The notes under the pieces: generated by a model
The model's database searches: none
What the model was told of the DNA's origin: nothing
The model's input: only the letters and a program-made list of their open reading frames with translations
Translations under genes and position numbers: made by a program
Source of the DNA: Dethiobacteria bacterium
GTDB taxonomy: Bacteria; Bacillota; Dethiobacteria; DTU022; UBA8154
NCBI GenBank assembly: GCA_050948785.1
Contig: JBMNEM010000004.1
Location: 68,288-132,287, forward strand
DNA: 64,000 nucleotides
Reading direction: 5' to 3'
Shown here: piece after piece, positions 50,575 through 59,756 of the stretch
Layout of the letters: each line of letters starts with the position of its first letter
Numbering within the stretch: position 1 is the stretch's first letter

Positions 50575-52314
50575 TTACTCCACAAGTAAAAAGTAATAAT
50601 AAAGTGGCTGGCCCCCATATTGCAGTTCTACCTCCATATGGGGGAATTTGTTGCGCAGCTGTTCCACCAGCTCTTGAGCTTGGCCACTGGTGATATTATC
50701 CCCATAAAAGAGGGTGAGAACTTCATCATCTGAAGTTAGCATCGTGCCGGCAAGAGCAACTGTTGTATCCATTACTTCCTTTCCGCTGACCAACAACCGG
50801 CCATCGCTAATACCGATAATACTCCCTTTTTCGACACGAATATTGTTGACAACAGCATCGCGGATGGCATAAGTTATTTCACCGGTTTTAACCTGCCGGG
50901 CCCGCCGGCACATTTCGGCATAATTTTCAGATAATCCATTTATCCTGTTCAAGGCCAGAAGAGCGGCCAGACCCTGGGGAATACTCCTGGTATCTACAAC
51001 CATAACTTCTTTTTCTACCAGCTCTGCTGCCTGTTCAGCAGAAAGCCTGATATTGCTGTTATTGGGTAAAACAATAATCTGTTTGGCCGGAGTTTCTATA
51101 ATGGCCTCCGCGATTTCTTTTACCGAAGGATTCATGCTTTGCCCCCCGGAGACTATCTTATCCGCACCCAGACTGGCAAAAATAGCAGCCAGCCCCTCGC
51201 CGGAAGATATGGTGACCACACCGATCTGCCCAGAAGTTTTTTGATCCTCTGTTTGACCCTCTGGTGGAAATTTTACTTCAAAAAATTCTTTAGCCTTGAT
51301 CTCCTCAGCTTCCTGAGGGGATCTGCCCCGCCGGGTTTCTTGATATTGATCAACCATATTGTCAATTTTTATATCATGGATGCTACCAAAAACCAAACAT
51401 GTTTCCAGAACAGTCCCCGGGTGATCAGTATGAATATGTACTTTAACTGTATCGCCTTCCCCGGCAATTAAAAGCGAATCACCCCATTTTTCCAGAGATT
51501 GACGCACTTTTCGTGAAAAAACATTTTGACCTTTAATCAACACCTCAGTACAGTAAGGAAAAGCAGGGTTAAACTCTTCCGGAAAAACTTCCGCCGGTCC
51601 TTTTTTATCCTCCGGGATCGGCGTTGCTACAGAAATCGGTGCCTCATCTTCCGCATAAAAGGCACCTTGTTCTTCACCGGTACGCTTCAACATACTATGC
51701 AGGCAACCTTCTAAAAAAACAACCAGTCCCAGCCCTCCCGCATCAACAACACCGGCCTCTTTTAAAACCGGCAGCAATTCGGGTGTTTGCTCCAGGGCCC
51801 TCCTGCCGTTATCAATCGCAATACGCAACAGATCAATAAATGTCAAGGACGTTTGCAGGGCTTCCCTGCTGCCCCTGGCAATCTCCCTGGCTACCGTCAA
51901 GATCGTTCCCTCTACCGGCTTGGAAACAGCATTATAGGCATGGACAATACCATATTGAAAAGCTCTGCCCAATTCTACCAGATGGGCTTCGTCCTTACCG
52001 GAAAGCCCCCGGGCAATGCCCCTGAACATCTGTGAAAGAATCACGCCGGAATTTCCTCTGGCCCCCATGAGCGAACTTCGGGCGGCAATCCGGGCAACTT
52101 CCCCGATGGATTCGATTTGAACCTGTTGAAGTTCTTGGGCCGCAGCCTTCATCGTCAAACTCATATTCGTACCGGTATCCCCATCAGGCACTGGAAAAAC
52201 ATTGAGCGCGTTAATTGATTCTTTATGTAGATCAAAATAATTGCAGGCTTCAAGGATCATATGCCGTAAGTCATTACCACGGAGATAAACAGTTTCTTTT
52301 TTCATTTGTGTCAT
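50575..52314 (-). CDS. DAK2-domain fusion protein (YloV-like)
   Basis: 579 aa with an N-terminal Dak2 domain (PVPDGDTGTNMSLT) and a C-terminal DegV-like domain. Confidence 0.85.
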   Translation of the reverse strand: MTQMKKETVYLRGNDLRHMILEACNYFDLHKESINALNVFPVPDGDTGTNMSLTMKAAAQELQQVQIESIGEVARIAARSSLMGARGNSGVILSQMFRGIARGLSGKDEAHLVELGRAFQYGIVHAYNAVSKPVEGTILTVAREIARGSREALQTSLTFIDLLRIAIDNGRRALEQTPELLPVLKEAGVVDAGGLGLVVFLEGCLHSMLKRTGEEQGAFYAEDEAPISVATPIPEDKKGPAEVFPEEFNPAFPYCTEVLIKGQNVFSRKVRQSLEKWGDSLLIAGEGDTVKVHIHTDHPGTVLETCLVFGSIHDIKIDNMVDQYQETRRGRSPQEAEEIKAKEFFEVKFPPEGQTEDQKTSGQIGVVTISSGEGLAAIFASLGADKIVSGGQSMNPSVKEIAEAIIETPAKQIIVLPNNSNIRLSAEQAAELVEKEVMVVDTRSIPQGLAALLALNRINGLSENYAEMCRRARQVKTGEITYAIRDAVVNNIRVEKGSIIGISDGRLLVSGKEVMDTTVALAGTMLTSDDEVLTLFYGDNITSGQAQELVEQLRNKFPHMEVELQYGGQPLYYYFLLVE

Positions 52315-52342
52315 TTTAGCTTACACTCCAAATATAGCGTTA

Positions 52343-53176
52343 TTAGGTATGTTGGATAAAAGCCAAGCCTACTACCGGTCCTACATGGGTTGCAATAACA
52401 GGGCTTATTTCATATATTTTCATAGGCAAACCCGGCAAGCGTTTCTGGATCAGTTTTCCCAACTTTTGGGTATTCTCCTGTGATTCAGCAGTTAAAAGAA
52501 ACAGCTCCAATCCTTCACTCGTAGTTGGCAGCTCTTTTACCATTCTTTCCAGCGCTTTTTTCATGGTCCGCACCTTATCAAACACCTCAATTTTTCCCTC
52601 CAAAAAAAACAAAACAGGCTTAATCTGCAAGAGCGTCCCTAAAAGAGCCTGCGCACCTCCAATCCGCCCTCCCTCTTTCATATATTTCAAGGATTCTGGC
52701 ACAAAAAGTACCCGGAGCCTGCCTTTTAAATCCTCCAGCATAGTCACAATTTCTTCCCGGCTCTTCCCCTCCCGCGCCGCTCGAGCCGCCGCGAGTACCA
52801 ACAAAGCAAGGCCCCCGGAAGTCGAATAGGAATCAACGACGGAGATACGGGAAGAATCGACCATTTTCGCAGCAGCTTTGGCACTTTCCACCGTACCGCT
52901 CAAACCGGAAGAGATGAGAATGGCAATAATTTCTTTTCCCTCTTTTATTAATCTCTCGAAAACTTTAGCAAAATCACCTGGCGACGGCTGCGAAGTGGAA
53001 GGAATTTCAGAAGACTTCCTTAACTTATGGAAAAAAGCAGCGCTATCAATTGTCCCATCCATGATCGTTTCATCCGCAAAGTTCACATAAAGAGGGACCA
53101 CACCAATGTCATATTGTTCCAAAATATCTTTATCCAGGAACGCCGTTGTATCAGTTATGATTTTAATTTGTGGCAT
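52343..53176 (-). CDS. DegV-family fatty-acid-binding protein
   Basis: 277 aa: MPQIKIITDTTAFL...STSQPSPGDF. Confidence 0.85.
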   Translation of the reverse strand: MPQIKIITDTTAFLDKDILEQYDIGVVPLYVNFADETIMDGTIDSAAFFHKLRKSSEIPSTSQPSPGDFAKVFERLIKEGKEIIAILISSGLSGTVESAKAAAKMVDSSRISVVDSYSTSGGLALLVLAAARAAREGKSREEIVTMLEDLKGRLRVLFVPESLKYMKEGGRIGGAQALLGTLLQIKPVLFFLEGKIEVFDKVRTMKKALERMVKELPTTSEGLELFLLTAESQENTQKLGKLIQKRLPGLPMKIYEISPVIATHVGPVVGLAFIQHT

Positions 53177-53354
53177 TGTTTTTCCCCCAAACCAAAAAAT
53201 ATCCTGCCGGACAGCGAACCGCTGTCGTTATGCGGTGTTCTGATGTGCACGCTGTCTCTCAATAATGAAGAAAAAATTTCGAAGAAGATCTCTGAAGTTT
53301 TTTACTTCGTCGCATTCGGAGGAAAACCCTTCTATATTTTACAAATTCCCTTGG

Positions 53355-53404
53355 AAGACTGTTTATGAAGACTGTTTATGAAGACTGTTTATGAAGACTG
53401 TTTG
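53355..53404. repeat. 13-bp tandem repeat (about 3.8 copies) in an intergenic region
   Basis: GAAGACTGTTTAT x3 followed by a partial copy GAAGACTGTTTGC. Confidence 0.9.
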
Positions 53405-53459
53405 CAAGATGAAAACATTTCCCAAAAAAAGTTAAGATGGTCAGTGTTCGGGCTCAGTA

Positions 53460-53864
53460 TTACCGATGTGTTTCTTTTTTTCTGTAAACCATTCCCTGGA
53501 AGGTTGCGATCAATTCACCGTGCTCATTGGCAATATCTATTTTGTAGCTGGCCAGCCTTGGATTTAAGGAAATCTCCCGGCCTGTAGCGATCAAAATTCC
53601 CTTTTTAGCTGCCTGCATAAAAGAAATATGGGCATTAATGGCCATAGCAATATTGCCGTGTGAATTTGAAGCAACAGCAAAAACTAAATCTGCTAAAGCA
53701 AAAAGAGCCGCACCATGAACAGTACCCATACTGTTCAAATGGTGATCTTTAATTTCCATTCTGGCCTTGGCCTTCCCTGCAGATGCCTCCAACAATTCAA
53801 TACCGACATATTGTGAAAATTGATCCTTGTTGTAAAAATTTTCTAGGTCTTGTTTTGTCAACAT
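53460..53864 (-). CDS. PaaI-type hotdog-fold thioesterase
   Basis: 134 aa: MGTVHGAALFALADLVFAVASNSHG. Confidence 0.8.
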   Translation of the reverse strand: MLTKQDLENFYNKDQFSQYVGIELLEASAGKAKARMEIKDHHLNSMGTVHGAALFALADLVFAVASNSHGNIAMAINAHISFMQAAKKGILIATGREISLNPRLASYKIDIANEHGELIATFQGMVYRKKETHR

Positions 53865-53942
53865 ATATTTCCCCCCTTTATTATTATATTCAAAATTTTT
53901 AAATTATTATCCACAAAAATTCCTTCTTCTCTTAGGTTTACT

Positions 53943-53982
53943 TTTAAAAAGCGGGCCGATCACTGTAGATTGACCGGCCCGC
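53943..53982 (-). terminator. intrinsic terminator downstream of the Zn-ADH gene
   Basis: GCGGGCCG...CGGCCCGC, an 8-bp GC stem plus 3 further bp, followed on the minus strand by TTTTTAAA. Confidence 0.55.
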
Positions 53983-54074
53983 AACCTTGAAAAGGATAAA
54001 TGATTGTTTATGTCTGCAAGAACTTATTGCAACTTATTCAGGTTAGACCATTTCTGTTTTGTACTGTATTACCT

Positions 54075-55142
54075 TTAAAAATCAGGTGTCAGAACGACCC
54101 TTTTAACCAGTTTGCCGGAATGGGATTCCTTGAAAGCCTGTTCAATCTGGCTCATCGGCCGCAGCTCCACAAAGGGCTCCACCTTGATTTTACCGTTCAG
54201 GACCATCTCCAATACTTCATTGTAGTATTTGGGTAAGCAGCCCCAGGTGCCGACGATTTCGGCATCAAAGGCCATGAGACGGGAAAACATGAATTCCACT
54301 CTTTGCATCCCGTAACCGACAATGAATAATTTGCCGACAAAGGAAAGCAGCTCCAGGCCGATCTCCTGCCCCGCTTTGGAACCGGAGCATTCAAAGATCT
54401 TCCAGCCGTAGTTGGGAAGGCCTTTTTCTTTGCAGTAGGCCCTGAAGTCATTCCTGATATCTTTTGTGCTTTTATCCAGGGTGCTGAGGGCATGGGTGGC
54501 TCCAAAATCTAAGGAGCGCTCCAGCTTCTCTTTGTTCCGGGCAATACTGATCACTTCTTTGGCTCCCAGCGCCGCGGCGATCTGGGTCATGTATACGCCG
54601 ATGCCTCCGGTGGCACCGGTGATTAAGACGAGATCTCCTTCCTGGATATCGGCCTTTTTGGCGGCCTGATAGGGGGAGGTAATGGCATCGGCCACGACAG
54701 AAAGGTGCTCCAGCGGCATTCCCTTGCGATCTTCAACTACGCAGAGATCGTCGGCAGGTACTGGAATATGGCTGGAAAAACCGCCGTAGATGCCCATGCT
54801 GTTGCCTGGCATTTTTTGACCCAGGCAACGGTTGCCCCGGCCAGAAGCGCAGATCTCACAGTTGTTGCAGGGCATGACCGCCGGGATGATGACTTCCTTG
54901 CCCAGTAAATCTTCTTTGCCGGCTACTACCTTGCCGCTGATTTCGTGTCCCAGTGTCAATGGGGGTTTGCTGACGGTGGGGACTCCGTCATAGAAGTATC
55001 CTACGTCGGTATGGCATACGCCGCAAGCGGCTACCTCGACTAATACTTCTCCCGGTTTTAATTCCGGTACATCAATGCTGGTCTGGGCCAGTTTGCCTGG
55101 CTCGACCATTTGCCATGTTTGGATTTTTTCAGGTACACCCAT
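54075..55142 (-). CDS. Zn-dependent MDR alcohol dehydrogenase, candidate 6-hydroxycyclohex-1-ene-1-carbonyl-CoA dehydrogenase (Had/BamQ-like)
   Basis: 355 aa with zinc ligands in ACGVCHTD and GHEISG, the structural-zinc cysteines CNNCEICASGRGNRC, and the Rossmann motif ITGATGGIG. Its location in a bamA-dch cluster suggests the specific function. Confidence 0.6.
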   Translation of the reverse strand: MGVPEKIQTWQMVEPGKLAQTSIDVPELKPGEVLVEVAACGVCHTDVGYFYDGVPTVSKPPLTLGHEISGKVVAGKEDLLGKEVIIPAVMPCNNCEICASGRGNRCLGQKMPGNSMGIYGGFSSHIPVPADDLCVVEDRKGMPLEHLSVVADAITSPYQAAKKADIQEGDLVLITGATGGIGVYMTQIAAALGAKEVISIARNKEKLERSLDFGATHALSTLDKSTKDIRNDFRAYCKEKGLPNYGWKIFECSGSKAGQEIGLELLSFVGKLFIVGYGMQRVEFMFSRLMAFDAEIVGTWGCLPKYYNEVLEMVLNGKIKVEPFVELRPMSQIEQAFKESHSGKLVKRVVLTPDF

Positions 55143-55215
55143 TCAGTTTAACCTCCTTAGAAATGTTTAAGAAAAACTTGATACGTTCTATTCACGTATT
55201 TAAAATCCGGTAGTC

Positions 55216-55253
55216 AGAATTCAGAATATCCGGGATTGCTACTCCTGAATTCT
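55216..55253. promoter_or_regulatory. 9-bp inverted repeat (candidate operator) between the hydratase and dehydrogenase genes
   Basis: AGAATTCAG-(20 nt)-CTGAATTCT. Confidence 0.35.
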
Positions 55254-55407
55254 AGTTCCATTTTTGTCTCTCAGAGCTTTAAGCCCAAGCCGGGGTTGGT
55301 TTAATGGTTTGGTTGGTAACTGTAGCAGATATTTATATTTATGTACAGGTTGGGGGGGGTAATCAGGGCTAATATATCCGGCTTGCCCGTTTTTTGCTGG
55401 TTTGCTG

Positions 55408-56172
55408 TTATTCCCCTTTCCATACCGGGGGACGCTTTTCCATAAAGGATTGTAGGCCTTCGAGGGCGTCTTTGGTCTGCATGAGCTCTTGGAGATAGAT
55501 GTGGTCGATGGCTTTCAGGCCTTCGGCAAAGCTCTTCCTTTCTCCGGCCAGGGCCGCTTTTTTGGTCAGGGCCAGGACTACCGGGCTCAGGGAGGTGAAT
55601 CTTTGTAAAAATTTATCTACTCCCTGGTCAAATTCATCGACGGGAAAAACCTGGTTGATCAGTCCCATTTCTTTGGCTTCCGCTGCTGTGAATATATCGC
55701 CGCTTAATAGCACTTCCATGGCCCGGGGCCAGGAAAGCAGGCGCGGCAGGGCATAGCAGGCGATCGGTGGCAGGACACCCACTTTTATTTCCGGCTGGCC
55801 AAATTTGGCTTTTTCTGAGGCTACGACCATGTCACAGAAGAGGACTACTTCATAGCCGCCGCCTAAAGCGGCGCCGTTTATTACGCCGATGATTGGCTTT
55901 TCCAGTTCAGCCATGGATAAGAACAGGCGGTCAAAGACGTCAATCATCAGGCCTACTTTGTCCGGGGTATGGTCGGCGACGTCTACGCCGGCAGAAAAAG
56001 CTTTACCCGCGGCATCAATGACGACTATGTTGCCGGGTTCTGTCCGGGCCCATTTGAAGGCCTTGACCATTTCTTCCATCATGTCAATGGTGAGGACGTT
56101 CAGGGGGGGACGATCCAGGGTGATGCGGATGATGCCGCCTTCGCTTTTTATTTTCAGGTTTTGATAGGACAT
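55408..56172 (-). CDS. enoyl-CoA hydratase (crotonase fold), candidate cyclohexa-1,5-diene-1-carbonyl-CoA hydratase (Dch/BamR-like)
   Basis: 254 aa: VVIDAAGKAFSAGVDV...NGAALGGGYEVVLFCD. Confidence 0.6.
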   Translation of the reverse strand: MSYQNLKIKSEGGIIRITLDRPPLNVLTIDMMEEMVKAFKWARTEPGNIVVIDAAGKAFSAGVDVADHTPDKVGLMIDVFDRLFLSMAELEKPIIGVINGAALGGGYEVVLFCDMVVASEKAKFGQPEIKVGVLPPIACYALPRLLSWPRAMEVLLSGDIFTAAEAKEMGLINQVFPVDEFDQGVDKFLQRFTSLSPVVLALTKKAALAGERKSFAEGLKAIDHIYLQELMQTKDALEGLQSFMEKRPPVWKGE

Positions 56173-56376
56173 GTTTTACCTCCTTTCTTTTCTTTGGAGA
56201 CAGGTGTTGCTTTGAAGCTAACTTAAAAATTTTAACAGAGCCGGAGCTCCCCCGTATTGTTCAGCAAATCTGACTCCTGACTCTTTTTCCTTATATGCAT
56301 GCAGAACACCTGGGGGAAACACCGGCCGCAGCATGCTTTTTCGACTGTTCGGGTATGTTAATTTATTTCCCTGATT

Positions 56377-57507
56377 TTATTCCAGACGCGGTCCCAGGAC
56401 GGCATCGATGAGATCCTGGTCAAAGGGCTTCGCTTCGTTGAGCAGCTGGCGATATTTGATAAAGTCAATGGTGTCTTTACCGGTAAGCTTCTTGGTGTTG
56501 AAGGCGTTGAAGCCCAGGTAAGCTTCGGTCTGCATGTTCGCCGATAGCCAGTGCCGGCTGGAAAGTTTGCACTGATCCCAGAAGAATTTCTTCTTGTGAC
56601 GGACGGAGTCGATGGACATCATCAGGCAGTTGGGGAAAAGATTCGTCAGGGTATAGAGTGTTTTGTCAATTTCTTTGTCCAGCAGGGTGAAGTCCGTTTC
56701 TCCTGCAGCAATTGTTTTCTTGGCTTGCTCCCGGGCTTCGCCGGAGGCAAATTCACCGTAGACAATCCTGCCGCCCTCGGCGTACTTGTCGGTAATGACC
56801 AGGGGGTTGGGGACAAACTCGCCGTCTACTTTGAGTACCGGGATGGCTTTGGAGATAAGACCCAGGCGTTCCATTTTGTAGGAGCTCCAGAGTTCACAGG
56901 AGATGCAGTTCCACATGGCTTGTTCCATGGTTAAGTATTCGGGGAGAAAGTCGGTGGAGCCGCCCAGGGGAGCAGAGCCGTGACGGGGGCCGGCCTGGCC
57001 AAAGATAGCCATGTCTGAAGAAATGGTGATGTCACAGGCCATACCAATTTCCTGCCCACCTGCAACCCGCATGCCGTTTACACGGCAGATTACCGGCTTT
57101 TTGCACATGAGGATGCCGTCAACCATGGCATTGAAAAGATCCATGTAGAGACCATATTCGGTGGGACGGCCGCTGTAGTACTCGGCATATTCCTTGGTGT
57201 TGCCGCCTGTACAGAAAGCACGGTCACCGGCACCGGTGAAGATAACCGCCACGACGGAACGATCCATGGAGGCCCTGTGCATGCCAGCGATTACACCTTT
57301 GACCATTTCTGTGGTATAAGAGTTGTACTGCCGGGGGTTGTTCAAGGTTACCCAGGCGGAGTAAAGGCCTTCAACTGCCTTGCCGTCAGGATCCGCAATG
57401 GGCTTTTTCTCATACGTGATGCACGGGGGTTCTGTACCAAAGTATTCCTCCCCATAGACTTGGTGATCCACTAGACCGTCTTGACGAGGCCATTTGTTAA
57501 AATCCAT
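56377..57507 (-). CDS. bamA: 6-oxocyclohex-1-ene-1-carbonyl-CoA hydrolase (BamA/Oah-like ring-cleaving crotonase)
   Basis: 376 aa crotonase-superfamily protein. It contains NPRQYNSYTTEM and VAGGQEIGMACD, the peptide motifs I recall being targeted by bamA primers. Confidence 0.7.
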   Translation of the reverse strand: MDFNKWPRQDGLVDHQVYGEEYFGTEPPCITYEKKPIADPDGKAVEGLYSAWVTLNNPRQYNSYTTEMVKGVIAGMHRASMDRSVVAVIFTGAGDRAFCTGGNTKEYAEYYSGRPTEYGLYMDLFNAMVDGILMCKKPVICRVNGMRVAGGQEIGMACDITISSDMAIFGQAGPRHGSAPLGGSTDFLPEYLTMEQAMWNCISCELWSSYKMERLGLISKAIPVLKVDGEFVPNPLVITDKYAEGGRIVYGEFASGEAREQAKKTIAAGETDFTLLDKEIDKTLYTLTNLFPNCLMMSIDSVRHKKKFFWDQCKLSSRHWLSANMQTEAYLGFNAFNTKKLTGKDTIDFIKYRQLLNEAKPFDQDLIDAVLGPRLE

Positions 57508-57867
57508 TTTTATCCTCCTTAATCTCTTTGTGACTATTTTTTTCGTTAATTTACATCTCTCTGATCAAAAATACCTTATTTTTGTCCCATCCAGTGCTGT
57601 TTCACACCACCACCTTACTGTAAATAAAGATTCTGTTTAAATTTTAATAAAATAAAGAAAATAAAAAAATCGCTTAAAAGCATGGAAGCAAGGTTAAAAA
57701 AGTGTGAATTAAGGGTTAGCACTTTTGGACCAACCCAAACAAACTCCTGTTAAAATACAAACTTTTGCAAATCCCTGAACAAGCCTTATGAGAAAAAGAA
57801 ACAATCGACTTCTACCTAAAATCACTACATAAAATCACTTAGATTTAATACGCCTTGGATTTTACTA

Positions 57868-57896
57868 TTGCCAAACCCAAGTGCTTGGTGTATAAT
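57868..57896 (+). promoter_or_regulatory. sigmaA promoter driving the TPP riboswitch and thiW-thiM
   Basis: TTGCCA (57868-57873), 17 nt, TATAAT (57891-57896). Confidence 0.6.
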
Positions 57897-57914
57897 GCTA
57901 TAAAATGGATATAT

Positions 57915-58035
57915 TTAACGGGGGTGCTTCCGAGCGGGGGCTGAGAGGGGAACGCGGTGAAGTTCCTAAACCCCTTGAACCTGTTTTGCGGGCCGGCGGT
58001 ACGGTCCGTCTGGGTAATGCCAGCGTAGGGAGTTT
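57915..58035 (+). promoter_or_regulatory. TPP (THI-box) riboswitch aptamer
   Basis: GGGGTGCTTC...GGGCTGAGAGG...AACCCCTTGAACCTG...GGGTAATGCCAGCGTAGGGAG matches the THI-element consensus. It is followed by an expression-platform terminator. Confidence 0.85.
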
Positions 58036-58067
58036 AGTAATAAGCTGAAACTGCTTGCATGATACAG

Positions 58068-58091
58068 CGGGCCCGCGATGGCCCGTTTTTT
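58068..58091 (+). terminator. riboswitch expression-platform terminator
   Basis: CGGGCC-cgcgat-GGCCCG followed by TTTTTT. Confidence 0.7.
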
Positions 58092-58195
58092 ATTGCCTAA
58101 AATACATTGGGCAAATTAAAGGTAGAAAAGCAGGAATAGGCCTGTTATTTCGCAGAGATAAAAGAAGTATACTGGAAGGAGATGTGCATTAAATA

Positions 58196-58699
58196 ATGGA
58201 AAATTCCCTAAGAAAGACTTTTCCCCTGCGCAAGATCACTGCCATAGGCCTGCTGGTTGCCCTGGGCACAGTGGCGGCACCTTATTCCCTTCTCATAGGA
58301 GTGGCCAAGGTTTACCCGGTTCAGCATGCTCTCAATGTCCTGGCCGGGGTCCTGTTAGGACCGGGCCCCGCCGTCATCGCCGCCGTACTCACCTCGACCC
58401 TGCGCAACCTCATGGGAACGGGAACACCGCTGGCTTTTCCCGGCAGCATCTTTGGCGCACTGCTGGCCGGCCTCGCTTCGCGTTATCTGAAAAAAGATCT
58501 TTTTGCTGCCATTGGAGAAGTGCTGGGTACCGGTTTTCTTGGTGCCCTGGTTGCCTTCCCCTTGGCCAAATGGCTGTTGGGTTTTGCCGGTGTGGCCTAC
58601 GCCTTTATTCCTTCCTTTGCCGTGAGCAGCCTGCTCGGAGCTATCATGGGCGTGCTCATTTTGCAACTCTGGCGTAAAAATAATTTGCCTTTCTTTTAA
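58196..58699 (+). CDS. thiW: ECF-type thiazole transporter substrate-specific component
   Basis: 167 aa, 5-6 TM, small S-component-like protein. It sits directly downstream of a TPP riboswitch and upstream of thiM. Confidence 0.7.
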   Translation: MENSLRKTFPLRKITAIGLLVALGTVAAPYSLLIGVAKVYPVQHALNVLAGVLLGPGPAVIAAVLTSTLRNLMGTGTPLAFPGSIFGALLAGLASRYLKKDLFAAIGEVLGTGFLGALVAFPLAKWLLGFAGVAYAFIPSFAVSSLLGAIMGVLILQLWRKNNLPFF

Positions 58700-58755
58700 A
58701 ATCAGGAAAAATTTTGCTTAGATTGACTAATATATATAGCAGTATATAAGGAGAA

Positions 58756-59583
58756 TTGCTGATGTTCGAAGGAGCGAAGATTTTGCAGCGTGTCCGGCAA
58801 GAGCGGCCGCTGATTCATCATCTCACTAATTTTGTGACCATGCATGATTGCGCTGTGATCACAGCAAACCTAGGCGCTCTGCCGGTCATGGCCCAGGCGG
58901 AAGAAGAGGTTGAGGAGATGGTCGCCTCTGCTCATGCTGCAGTAATTAATACCGGAACCCTTTCTCCCTCCCGCGCCCGGGCCATGCGGCGAATGGGGAA
59001 AAGGGCCCGGGCGCAAAGCATCCCCGTGGTCTTTGATCCTGTAGGTGCCGGCTCTACAACCTACCGCACGCAGGAAATCATGAGTATCCTGGCGGCAACT
59101 ACCCCAGCGGTGATCAAGGGAAACGAGGCGGAAATCAGCCTTCTGACGGGAATTCACGGCGCGGCAATCAGCGGTGTCCAGGCCGTAGGCCCCGGGGGGG
59201 ATCCCCTGGAGGCAGCGCTTCGCTTGAGGAAATTATTAGGTTACAACGCGGTGATTGCAGTCACCGGAGCAGTCGATTTTATCTCAGACGGCAGCTGTGC
59301 CGCCCATGTTTTTAACGGCCATGCTCTGTTGCCCCGGGTGGTGGGCAGCGGATGCATGGCCGCTTCCGTAATGGCTTCTTTTACGGCGGTGGAAGAGAAT
59401 TACTTTGCCGCGGCAACGGCCGCCCTGGCCACCCTGGGTGTAGCTGCGGAGTTGGCCGCAGAGGCGTTGAAAGGAAATTTTTTTGGCCCGGCTTTATTTA
59501 AAACCTACCTGCTTGACGCGCTCTATTTACTCACGCCGGAAGAGCTGGGCCGCCGTGCCAGAGTGGAAATTTCTGCCCTGTGA
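58756..59583 (+). CDS. thiM: hydroxyethylthiazole kinase
   Basis: 275 aa: LIHHLTNFVTMHDCAVITANLGALPVMA...GCMAASV. Confidence 0.88.
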   Translation: MLMFEGAKILQRVRQERPLIHHLTNFVTMHDCAVITANLGALPVMAQAEEEVEEMVASAHAAVINTGTLSPSRARAMRRMGKRARAQSIPVVFDPVGAGSTTYRTQEIMSILAATTPAVIKGNEAEISLLTGIHGAAISGVQAVGPGGDPLEAALRLRKLLGYNAVIAVTGAVDFISDGSCAAHVFNGHALLPRVVGSGCMAASVMASFTAVEENYFAAATAALATLGVAAELAAEALKGNFFGPALFKTYLLDALYLLTPEELGRRARVEISAL

Positions 59584-59756
59584 CCTTAAAGATTGGTTGT
59601 TCCCGCTAGCGAACACCTGGATGTCTATTTTTGTTCCGGATAATTCTTTTTAATCCTGACTAACCTGACCCTTTTGAATGCTTAGTGTTCTTCACCGTAA
59701 TTATGTTTCAAAGCACTTAGTGTGGGAATTAGCGGGGAAACAAGCCAGCAAAAAAA

